Shown: piece after piece, positions 43,789 through 52,421 of the stretch
Layout of the letters: each line of letters starts with the position of its first letter
Position numbering within the stretch: position 1 is the stretch's first letter
Assembly: GCA_011170285.1 (NCBI GenBank)
Contig: DUEE01000007.1
Span: 70,318 to 134,317 of the forward strand
From: Dehalococcoidia bacterium
GTDB lineage: Bacteria; Chloroflexota; Dehalococcoidia; Dehalococcoidales; W498
Length of the DNA stretch: 64,000 nucleotides
Reading direction: 5' to 3'
Program-made: the position numbers and the translations under genes
Notes under the pieces: generated by a model
The model's database searches: none
Seen by the model: the letters and a program-made list of their open reading frames with translations, nothing else
What the model was told of the DNA's origin: nothing

Positions 43789-44593
43789 TACCAAGTATAG
43801 TCCCCCATATAGGGCTAAAGATTATAAGCCAGATGGCGGCGACGCCTAGCCACTGCCCGAAGATAGCGAGCCCGCGAACAGCAGATTTGAGAATCTCTAT
43901 GGCATTCCAGCCGGCATGAACTAGTGGCTTGGTAGAGGCCACAGGCTTTAGATAGACTGAAATTAGGGACATTGATGAGGTTCGCTCCAGATACTGCATC
44001 CGACCCTTGATTTGCTCTATGTCACGCCTTATCTGGGACAGCTTTTCGTAAATTCTGAGGATGTCGTCCACATCCTCAGTTTTTTCCAGAAGGGCTAGGT
44101 ATTGGCTCTCCGTTGCCTCAGCGTTCCTGAGCCTTGACTGGAGGTCAACATACTCCTCAGTTACATCCCGGCTATCAGTGCTTTCTGAGGTTACTCTTAC
44201 CGCTAAGTCCCTGAGTTCAGCTAGTGCCTGGTCAAACTTGTCATCAGGCACCCGAATAGAAATCCATCCCGTCCTATCCTGTTCCTCGCCTGAAATTCGG
44301 GACGATACCACATAGCCGTCAAGCGTTACCGCCAGTTGGGTTATCTCATCCCGAGCCTCAATCACATCCTCTACTACCAGCGACATATCCCCGGTGCGGA
44401 CTATCATCCGCTCTTCTTCGGTTGACGGCAAATCCCCAGCCCCAGCATCCTTATAGTCCTCTTCCCATCCCGGCGGCATTGATGTTTCGTCCAATGCGTC
44501 TTCCGAAGGTGCCCTAGCGCAAGAAACCGGCACCAGCAAACACGCCACCAGTATCACCCCGATTATCAACCTTTTCATGGGAAAGCCTCCCAC
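43748..44593 (-). CDS. DUF4349-like lipoprotein / membrane protein
   Basis: Lipobox-like 'LVPVSCA', 'RMIVRTGDMSLVVEDV', a coiled-coil middle and two C-terminal TM segments. Family assignment is from memory. Confidence 0.65.
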   Translation of the reverse strand: MGGFPMKRLIIGVILVACLLVPVSCARAPSEDALDETSMPPGWEEDYKDAGAGDLPSTEEERMIVRTGDMSLVVEDVIEARDEITQLAVTLDGYVVSSRISGEEQDRTGWISIRVPDDKFDQALAELRDLAVRVTSESTDSRDVTEEYVDLQSRLRNAEATESQYLALLEKTEDVDDILRIYEKLSQIRRDIEQIKGRMQYLERTSSMSLISVYLKPVASTKPLVHAGWNAIEILKSAVRGLAIFGQWLGVAAIWLIIFSPIWGTILGIIYWRRRKKRAYM

Positions 44594-44901
44594 TTATTAC
44601 CCATACATCACTATGTTATAACGCTGGAAGGGTGAAAAGGTTAGTCCCACAAAAGCGATTCAAATGCAACTTAGCTTTGCTACCCCTTACATGTCATTGC
44701 GATGAGCTTATAGAAAGCAAAAGTTTGCAATTGTTCATTTGGTAGCTTAGTGGGCAAAATTATGGGATTGGGACAAAGAAGAAATACTAGAAAATCAATA
44801 TAATGCGTGAATTGTAGGGTAAGCTGTATGACCATTTCAGCAATACTCGCCACTCTACCTTTGCCCAAAGCCTTTCGCCGTCAGTTTGTTAGAGAAAGCC
44901 T

Positions 44902-45144
44902 TCAAAAAGCAGCAACCCTAATAGATTCAAATTGCTCCGGTATGGGTACACCTTTTTCCCTGGCTACAGCCAACCAGCCTTCCATAGCGTCTTTTATCAT
45001 CTCCATAGCCTTCTCAAAGGTTTCGCTATAGGATATGCACCCGGGCAGAGAGGGAACAGTTATGGTATAACCCCCTTCAGTTTCAGGCTTAAGCTCAAAG
45101 ACGATATCACATCTGATAACCTGAAAGGTCTTCATATCAATCAC
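44902..45144 (-). CDS. HicB-like (UPF0150) antitoxin-fold protein, orphan copy 1
   Basis: 'GYTITVPSLPGCISYSETFEKAMEMIKDAMEGWL'. By eye it is about 80% identical to 45755..46009. Confidence 0.75.
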   Translation of the reverse strand: MIDMKTFQVIRCDIVFELKPETEGGYTITVPSLPGCISYSETFEKAMEMIKDAMEGWLAVAREKGVPIPEQFESIRVAAF

Positions 45145-45193
45145 CCCTTGCCTTGTCTTTTTTTATCTTGTGATTTGCCAGTTACGACACACC

Positions 45194-45418
45194 CTAAACG
45201 GCTATCTTCACTCGGTTCTCTATGGGGATGTCGCGCCCAAGTTGGCGCAGTGCTTCTATATGACCTCGGATTGCTTCTCGCACATTTGCCAGAGCTTCTT
45301 CACGGGTCTTGCCCTGGCTGGTGCATCCGGGCAAGCTAGGAACGAGAGCCGCATATTCTCCAATATCCTTGTCATATTCTAAGACCACAGTATATTCATA
45401 TTCCTTGACCATTCTCAA
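45194..45418 (-). CDS. hicB: HicB-family antitoxin
   Basis: 'YAALVPSLPGCTSQGKTREEALANVREAIRGHIE'. It overlaps the hicA stop by 4 nt. Confidence 0.8.
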   Translation of the reverse strand: MRMVKEYEYTVVLEYDKDIGEYAALVPSLPGCTSQGKTREEALANVREAIRGHIEALRQLGRDIPIENRVKIAV

Positions 45419-45651
45419 TCCCTCCCTTTGAGTAGCTTGATAAATTGCTCATTACTTATTGCCGCCTGTTTCAAAACACTTTTCAGCAGAGGCATAGCCA
45501 AGGTAACTTGTTCAGGAATGGTAACCAGTCCTAACTTTGAAGGATGAGCGTAGTGATGATGGTCACCTGACTGCCTAACTTCATACCAACCATCTCTTTT
45601 GAGAACCTTGTTACACTCCCTCCAAGATACTCTAGGAAGTCTCTGCCCCAT
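45415..45651 (-). CDS. hicA: HicA-family mRNA interferase toxin
   Basis: 'KVLKRDGWYEVRQSGDHHHYAHPSKLGLVTIP' (YcfA/HicA dsRBD-like, catalytic His). Confidence 0.85.
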   Translation of the reverse strand: MGQRLPRVSWRECNKVLKRDGWYEVRQSGDHHHYAHPSKLGLVTIPEQVTLAMPLLKSVLKQAAISNEQFIKLLKGRD

Positions 45652-45754
45652 TATTCATGACCTTAAATATCCTCTGTTAGTTTTACTGGCTACATTTTAT
45701 CACAATTCCACTATCACCCACAGCCTTTCGCTATCGGTAAGTTAGAGAAAGCCT

Positions 45755-46009
45755 TCAAAAAGCAGCAAGCTCAATAGATGCAAACTGCTCCGGTATGGGC
45801 ACACCTTTTTCTCTGGCTACAGCCAACCAGCCTTCCATAGCATATTTTATCATCTCTATAGCCTTCTCAAAAGTTTCGCCATAGGATATGCACCCGGGTA
45901 GAGAGGGAACTGTGATTGTATAGGCGCTTTGGGGTTCGGGCTGAAGCTCGAAAACAATACCACCCCGGATAACCTGAAAAGTCTTCGTGTCAATCACCTT
46001 TATTAGCAT
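45755..46009 (-). CDS. HicB-like (UPF0150) antitoxin-fold protein, orphan copy 2
   Basis: 'AYTITVPSLPGCISYGETFEKAIEMIKYAMEGWL'. Confidence 0.75.
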   Translation of the reverse strand: MLIKVIDTKTFQVIRGGIVFELQPEPQSAYTITVPSLPGCISYGETFEKAIEMIKYAMEGWLAVAREKGVPIPEQFASIELAAF

Positions 46010-46177
46010 TTGGTAACTTCATAAGAAGTACACTATTTGAGTGCCCAGATTATCAATGCAAAACCCTGTTTCCCTTTACTCACTATCGGTAAGGCAGAGG
46101 GATAATCCTAGCCGTTAGATTGGTTTTGTATGGTATAATTGAAGAAGCCTATACTCAGACTGAAGGACGATATATAG

Positions 46178-47626
46178 ATGAATGCTTCCAAATTCACTGT
46201 TGGTGAGCTTTCACGGCGTACCAAGATAGTATGTACAATTGGTCCGGCTAGTGACACCCCGAAGACCTTAAGACAGCTTATCAAAGCTGGTATGGATGTA
46301 GCCCGGCTCAATTTTGCTCATGGTACTTATCAACAACACTCGGCACTCATCAGCCATATCCGCTCTATATCCCAAGAGCTGGGTCGTCCCGTTGCTATAC
46401 TGCAGGACATACCCGGTCCCAAGGCAAGGACTGGAAGGCTAAAGGAGGCAAGTGTTGACCTTAATGAAAACACTGAATTCATTCTGACTACTAGAGATAT
46501 GGAGGGGGATGAGCGTCAGGTATCGATCAGTCTTTCCTGCCTGCCGGGAGATGTGACGGCAGGAAACACCATTTTCCTTGGTGACGGGGCAATTCAGCTT
46601 CAAGTGATTGAATCCAGCAAGGAGGATATAAGATGTAATGTGGTAAAAGGTGGCACTTTGCGACCGCAAAGAGGCGTTAATGTCCCCGAGGTTAGGTTAA
46701 GTACACCTTCAGTGACATCCACTGACCTGACGCATTTGAAGTTTGGATTGGAGCAAGGAGTGGATTTCATAGCTTTATCTTTTGTCCGCCAGCCTGAAGA
46801 TATAATCAGAATCAAGGAATTCATTATAAAGAATCATAGCCAGGCGATGGTGATAGCTAAAATTGAGAAGCATGAAGCGATGGAAAACATAGATAGCATA
46901 CTGGACACTGCTGATGGGGCTATGATAGCTAGGGGTGATTTAGGGGTTGAAATACCTATTGAACGGGTGCCGCTGGCTCAGAAAGAAATAATCAAGAAGT
47001 GTAACCACTTGGGCAAACCAGTAATCGTTGCTACTCAGATGCTGGAGTCTATGGTCAGCTCAATACGCCCGTTACGTGCCGAGGTAACTGATGTAGCCAA
47101 CGCCATTTTTGATGGCGCCGATGCGGTTATGCTTTCTGCGGAAACTGCTATGGGTTGCTACCCGGTAGAGACGGTAGAGATGATGACACGCATCTCTATT
47201 GAGACTGAAACATCACTGCCGTATAGTCGGATACTTAGGGCAATGTGGTTAGATTTGGAGCCTAGGACGGAAGACGCTATGAGCTATAATGCCTGCCATA
47301 CAGCCCAACAGCTTGGCGCAACAGCTATTATTGCCTTTACTACTTCGGGCAGTACTGCTCGGCGTGTTGCTAGATACCGTCCACATGCTCCCATATTAGC
47401 TATTACTACTAATGAGAATACAAGGCAGAACCTTATGCTTACCTGGGGGGTCTATCCCTATCTAGCCCCTGAGGAGAGGAATCTGAATGAGCTTCTAGTT
47501 AGCGGAGTAAAAATAGCAATAGAGACCGGTATTGTCAGTAAAGGCGACCTTGTAGTTATGGTTGCCGGAGTTCCGGTGATGGTTCCCGGTACTACTAATA
47601 TGGTAAGGGTGGAAATAATAGATTAA
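46178..47626 (+). CDS. pyk: Pyruvate kinase
   Basis: 'TKIVCTIGPAS', 'MDVARLNFAHG', 'IAKIE', 'MIARGDLGVEIP', 'VATQMLESM'. Confidence 0.95.
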   Translation: MNASKFTVGELSRRTKIVCTIGPASDTPKTLRQLIKAGMDVARLNFAHGTYQQHSALISHIRSISQELGRPVAILQDIPGPKARTGRLKEASVDLNENTEFILTTRDMEGDERQVSISLSCLPGDVTAGNTIFLGDGAIQLQVIESSKEDIRCNVVKGGTLRPQRGVNVPEVRLSTPSVTSTDLTHLKFGLEQGVDFIALSFVRQPEDIIRIKEFIIKNHSQAMVIAKIEKHEAMENIDSILDTADGAMIARGDLGVEIPIERVPLAQKEIIKKCNHLGKPVIVATQMLESMVSSIRPLRAEVTDVANAIFDGADAVMLSAETAMGCYPVETVEMMTRISIETETSLPYSRILRAMWLDLEPRTEDAMSYNACHTAQQLGATAIIAFTTSGSTARRVARYRPHAPILAITTNENTRQNLMLTWGVYPYLAPEERNLNELLVSGVKIAIETGIVSKGDLVVMVAGVPVMVPGTTNMVRVEIID

Positions 47627-47630
47627 ATCA

Positions 47631-47877
47631 TTAGGTTTGTTGTTTTCCAATATTCACCCACAGACTTTTACCATCGGTGATGAGTTCTATGGTGCCGTGC
47701 TTATCGGTACGTAATATACTCTCTGAGCCTATCCTATCATTTAGTCTCTCCAGAACCTCATCGCCAGGATGACCAAAGGGGTTATCGGCACCTACCGAGA
47801 TGACGGCTAGCTGTGGGTAAACCACAGCCAGGAACTCTTGGCAGGTAGAAGTATCCGAGCCGTGGTGAGCCACCTTG
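47631..47877 (-). pseudogene. comEC: Displaced 3'-terminal fragment of comEC (last ~80 codons, MBL domain end)
   Basis: '(K)VAHHGSDTSTCQEFLAVVYPQLAVISVGADNPFGHPGDEVLERL...GTIELITDGKSLWV' parallels the C-terminus of 52422..54851 ('KVAHHGSDTSTYHEFLAVVNPQLAVISVGTDNTYGHPSDEVMERL...'). DNA similarity ends near 47877. Confidence 0.8.
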
Positions 47878-48026
47878 GAGACTGATACGAAATAGACACA
47901 AAGTGGTAGCTATGTGGATAGTTAAGTCTAAGATTATACGAGGTAGAAAGTATTAACCCCTGTCCCTGCGGAATGTATTTATAAAATTGGAATTGAGGGT
48001 GAGGTTAATGAGGCGAAAGGATGATT

Positions 48027-48563
48027 TTAGTGTTTGGACGTGTTAAATTCAACCATGTCGAAGGTAAAGGGATTCCTCACATCCCAACACACTAGCTTTT
48101 GGTGTTCTTTGATGAGTGTTTTCACAATATCTTCATGTTTCTTATAGTTCCCACAGTGTAAGTTGTCGTTGTCGAAGTAGCATAAGGGTCCTTGTGGAGA
48201 AGTTAACGCGCAGACAGTATGACTATATCGAACTGGTCGCACTAGGGCAGTAACCAAAACTGGGTTGCAGTTGGAATTCCATCGATTCAGCAACTCTGCA
48301 GCCAGCACTGAGAAACCATCACAATCATCCTTCTTTTTCGCCCATGTTGTTTGCGGATAACTGATGCAGTCAAACAAATGTAAAGGTCCATCCATTGTCC
48401 ACTTGACATCTTTCAAGCAAGTTTCGATCTCTTCCAGTGAGCTTGCTGTCGGAAGCGTGGTCGATAGATAGCGCCGCTCGAGCACCTTGCGACGCAGCTT
48501 TGACCAACCGTAACGCCCGCTACGAAGCCACCAGACGAGAAACCAATCCAATACCGAGCTCAT
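48027..48563 (-). CDS. Putative transglutaminase-like / papain-fold Cys peptidase
   Basis: Ordered Cys-His-Asp candidates: 'KKDDCDGFSVLAAELL', 'YSHTVCAL', 'CYFDNDN'. This is a motif-level call only. Confidence 0.45.
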   Translation of the reverse strand: MSSVLDWFLVWWLRSGRYGWSKLRRKVLERRYLSTTLPTASSLEEIETCLKDVKWTMDGPLHLFDCISYPQTTWAKKKDDCDGFSVLAAELLNRWNSNCNPVLVTALVRPVRYSHTVCALTSPQGPLCYFDNDNLHCGNYKKHEDIVKTLIKEHQKLVCWDVRNPFTFDMVEFNTSKH

Positions 48564-48641
48564 ATATCCCCCTCAGTTCAGAAGCACCGTATCAAATATC
48601 ACTATCCTAGACACTTGTACCCAGAAGTCAGTGTTGATTCG

Positions 48642-49649
48642 TCAGCCATTATTCGTATAGCTGTCTGTAGAAACAGTACTCGTGTCATTCGGTAAGTTTG
48701 GACTGTAATCGGTTCTCTTTTTCGCTCGGTCAATAACACTTTGATGTACTAATGCTCCATCTGGTATTTCTCGTTTCTTTCGCGACCCAAAGATTACCCA
48801 AGGGAAGAAGGTACAGGAATCATGCATATCCACACCAGCATATCGGCTTGAGTTATTCTGCCAACCATCTTTCAACTTCAAACCACCTTCAATAGCTTTG
48901 TCCATCATCCAGGCAAACGGGAGATCAGGGAGAGAACACTCATCTTTCGAGCAACCGCCACCCACTTCTGAATGTGCTCCAGCGAACCAAACCTGTTCTA
49001 TTACTTGATTGCCTGCTTTACTGCTCTCATCCCAGAGGACTATCTTATATGGCTTTCGTTTTTCGTCGATAGAAATTGCCTGAAATCCATATTTAATGTC
49101 TGGGTTCAACTTAAGGTCAGGGAACTTTTTACTCAGATTGGGTCCTAGCGCACCTACCGTATCCCATAAACCAATGAAATGGGGTTTGCATACATTGGAG
49201 AAAGTCTTCTTGAAACCTTCAATGATCTTGAAATCCTTGTTCTTATCCTTTTTGAAGTACATTTTGGACACATATGGTATCAGGTTCTTGCTACCTCTTT
49301 GCAGAATGCCAAACTGGTGAATCATTCCCGATAGCGCACGTGCCGTATACGCTCCTCTGCTGAATCCGAATATGAATACCTTATCTTTCGGCTCGAAGGT
49401 GTTCATAAGATACTCATAGCCGTCCTCGATATTCTGTCGAATTCCATAACCAAATACCATCCCCAGCCCGATTCCGACCAACCTGCCAAACCTGCGTCCA
49501 AAGAAACTGAATGTTCCGACACCTGGATCATAGAAGGCAGCCTGACCGTCATCTCTTACAATCGCCTCAAATGTTCTTACTACATTTGTGTTGTGCTTGC
49601 GATATTCCGCGTTAGTGCCATCGTAGCAGACCACAATATTCTTACTCAT
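48642..49649 (-). CDS. DUF2235 alpha/beta hydrolase (T6SS Tle1-like phospholipase catalytic domain)
   Basis: 'IVVCYDGTNA', 'IFGFSRGAYTARALSGMI' (GxSxG), 'FIGLWDTVGALG', 'AISIDEKR', 'QVWFAGAHSEVGGG'. Confidence 0.85.
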   Translation of the reverse strand: MSKNIVVCYDGTNAEYRKHNTNVVRTFEAIVRDDGQAAFYDPGVGTFSFFGRRFGRLVGIGLGMVFGYGIRQNIEDGYEYLMNTFEPKDKVFIFGFSRGAYTARALSGMIHQFGILQRGSKNLIPYVSKMYFKKDKNKDFKIIEGFKKTFSNVCKPHFIGLWDTVGALGPNLSKKFPDLKLNPDIKYGFQAISIDEKRKPYKIVLWDESSKAGNQVIEQVWFAGAHSEVGGGCSKDECSLPDLPFAWMMDKAIEGGLKLKDGWQNNSSRYAGVDMHDSCTFFPWVIFGSRKKREIPDGALVHQSVIDRAKKRTDYSPNLPNDTSTVSTDSYTNNG

Positions 49650-50255
49650 ACTCCCGTCATTCCTCCTCTCTTAGTTATCACAGTACTCCAAAATAAGAAA
49701 GGCACTCACCATCGGATTGGCATTTGATGATTCTGGTGCCTTTTTATATCTAATCTCTATACCTCCTAGATTCATCTCAGAAGGTGGTTAGGTCAACGTT
49801 ATGTTACACAGAGGAGCTAGATTATAGTCATCTTATGTGGGTTTGTCAATACATTCAATTGGGGCACGAACCCGTGTCCGTGCAGAATACAATTACAAAT
49901 TTGGAATTGAGGGTGGTGTTGGTGAAAGGAAGGGGAGCTTTTAGCGTATTAGGCAGCACCGTTCTGTTCACTCGTGGACACAATTGCCACAAAGTGTAGC
50001 CAGACGGATGGTTATGATGCATAATATCTATACAAGGAAAGACTGTGAGGAGGCGTGATGAATAGTCTCACACATTGACTATATAGGTTTTTGAAGGGTG
50101 CAGCGAAGACCTTCAAACTTCGAAACCACAATGAAGTCGCTGATATGCCTAGCCTTACGCTTAACTCACGTTTAAATACATGTATGTTACGGTTAAAGCA
50201 AGTATATTATGTTTAAAGACTGTAAGCTGAGGTCACTAACCTAGGAGGGTCAAAG

Positions 50256-50969
50256 ATGGGGAAGATGTCTAATAAAGATAGAAAAGAAGTATTGAGGAAC
50301 ACTCATAATATCTTAACCTGGCTATGGATACTCATTATGGTTTTAGCCGCTGGTAAGGCAATTCAGAATCTCATCTATTATGTTGATCCCGTCACAAGGA
50401 ATGAAGTACTGAGAAACTGGAGTGATTTCACGCCACAAGTTGTCGTTCTATTCCTTGTATTTCTCTTCACCATGGTAAGGTTCTATCATGGAGATACCAG
50501 ATATTTGGATAGAACATATCTAGAAGCCCAATTGGCAGAATTTGATCCCGAAGTTCATTCCTATTTTGATAGGATACTCGATTTTTATATTTTGGTATTT
50601 CATGGGATCATCTTCTATGCTATGGCTTCTTTTGAAAGAGAGTTTGTTGGTTTCGTGACTGTATACGTTATTTTGCTATATTTTAACGTAGCATGGTTGG
50701 CTGTATTGTATTATCGGCAACGGGCAAGGATTAGGAGGGGGGCTCTAGGTGACGACAGCAGACAAGCAGCTATGGAAGTACAAAGAGCTGCGAAGTGGTG
50801 GATTGTGAATAATATGGTTTGTGCATCACTGCTAGTTCCCTTGCTTTTCACCACAGATTGCATAAAAGCACCTTATAGTCTCACCATATTTGGAATAGTA
50901 GCAATGGCCAATACGATCATTGACTACTTGGGAACCAAGTACTTCTACTTCCCGCTTGCTAGATTGTGA
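50256..50969 (+). CDS. Polytopic membrane protein, unknown function
   Basis: 237-aa ORF with about 6 hydrophobic segments, located in the AT-rich island. Confidence 0.5.
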   Translation: MGKMSNKDRKEVLRNTHNILTWLWILIMVLAAGKAIQNLIYYVDPVTRNEVLRNWSDFTPQVVVLFLVFLFTMVRFYHGDTRYLDRTYLEAQLAEFDPEVHSYFDRILDFYILVFHGIIFYAMASFEREFVGFVTVYVILLYFNVAWLAVLYYRQRARIRRGALGDDSRQAAMEVQRAAKWWIVNNMVCASLLVPLLFTTDCIKAPYSLTIFGIVAMANTIIDYLGTKYFYFPLARL

Positions 50970-51293
50970 GAAGAAACAGGAACAGCCAAAAAGGAAGCAG
51001 CAGAATTCCTTAAACTGGCGTCGGGGATTACCAAGAGTCTGTGTGGTTCTTGAGATAAGGCGAAAAACCCGGGAAATCTCAAACGGCACGAGGGGTGAAG
51101 AATGAATCTTTGTTGTGATATTGCCTAGAATCGAAATCTGAGGGGTTTTGTTGTTGCGATTTGAAGTCTATTCTTTAAACAGGTATTAAACTATAGCCCA
51201 CAAAACAAGAACTAAAATAAGACTATAAAAATAGGCTAGAATAGGCTCAATTACGCCTTAGTTTCTATCCCATACCGATAAAGTTAGTTAACC

Positions 51294-51502
51294 ACGTTCT
51301 GAGCCGAGAATCTTGGAATTCTGGGAACAGCAAGGAACTTACCGTATAGAACAATCTATGTCGTGAGTTACGTTGAGAGAACTTATCTACGTTGATAGTT
51401 ACGTTCTGAGTTAAGGTTACTACGTATAGTTATTCAGAAGAGGGGTAAATGAGGACAAGTGAAAGGGAAGCAGGCACCACGTTGAGCTAAACCAAGGACG
51501 TT
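51294..51502. repeat. Cluster of six YYACGTT(C)TGAG-like iterons in a noncoding stretch
   Basis: ACGTT occurs at 51294, 51370, 51389, 51401, 51479 and 51498, in contexts ccACGTTctgag, ttACGTTgagag, ctACGTTgatag, ttACGTTctgag, ccACGTTgagct and ggACGTTacag. Confidence 0.6.
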
Positions 51503-51675
51503 ACAGTTTAGCCTATGTTCTACCTTGCGTGGAGCAAAGGCGTTAAGCTTTGATGTTTAGCATTATGTGGGGTAGTTATCATATTGATTGTTTGCCTTTG
51601 TCTACGACTGGAGCAATGAGTAAATAAAATGAAGCACCGCACCACAGTAGAGTGTCATTCTTCTATTGATTAACC

Positions 51676-52095
51676 CTACTCAACCATGACCGTCACAGTG
51701 TACGTCCATTCTGCCTTCAAGCCACCTTCCCACGGTTGGCTGTATTCCATTTGCACTTCAGTTGTCCCCTTTTTAACCGCTTCAAAAGTCCAAACTTCTA
51801 TACCAGCGGCTCCAGGAACATCTCCCTTAGGTTCTTCGAAGTCATGGTCTTCTTCTTTTAATACATTTTCTATAGTCGTTTCATAATCCCATTGGAAACC
51901 TGTTGTCGGATTTGAGCATAGTTCCACTCTGATTTTATCACCGACCTCCACTTCAAACTCGCTACTACGGTGATTGCTCTCGCCAAACTCAGCGCAGGCA
52001 ATCTCAACGTTGAAATCATGGGAGGTTACAATACATGATGACAGTAACAGTACGGTTGTAAATATCCCAAATATCAAGAAGATTCTGAGTTTCAT
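51676..52095 (-). CDS. Chagasin-family (I42) cysteine-peptidase inhibitor, lipoprotein
   Basis: 'NPTTGFQWDY' signature and 'GAAGIEVWTFEAVKKG'. Lipobox 'LLLSSC'. I moved the start to the ATG at 52095 after a GGAGGG SD; the track ORF extends to 52170. Confidence 0.8.
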   Translation of the reverse strand: MKLRIFLIFGIFTTVLLLSSCIVTSHDFNVEIACAEFGESNHRSSEFEVEVGDKIRVELCSNPTTGFQWDYETTIENVLKEEDHDFEEPKGDVPGAAGIEVWTFEAVKKGTTEVQMEYSQPWEGGLKAEWTYTVTVMVE

Positions 52096-52421
52096 TGCTA
52101 TCCCTCCATACAATTGCATCACTTTCAAAAAGGGTAGCAGAATGATACTTATTACCCAAAGAAATGTCAATCCAGAGTAAGAACCTGTGAGGAATTCTTT
52201 GACAGCACAGAATATGAAGTACAGACGGTGCTCTATACTACTGACTTATTTGAAGACTGGAGCATAAGTAAAATAGAGTAAAAGGGAGTACACCACGATT
52301 GACACCCACTACTACGGGGTAAGAATCATCCTGAATTACACACTACTTGGTTTAGCTACATATCCCCACAGCAAAAACTTCAAAAATCCCAAACAGCACC
52401 AGGCGTGCCGACCTGTTCAAC

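Noticed and set aside
44932-45339. 135-aa plus-strand ORF across the hicB genes (also 45170-45382)
   Set aside because: It is antisense to two HicB-fold genes that have clear family motifs.
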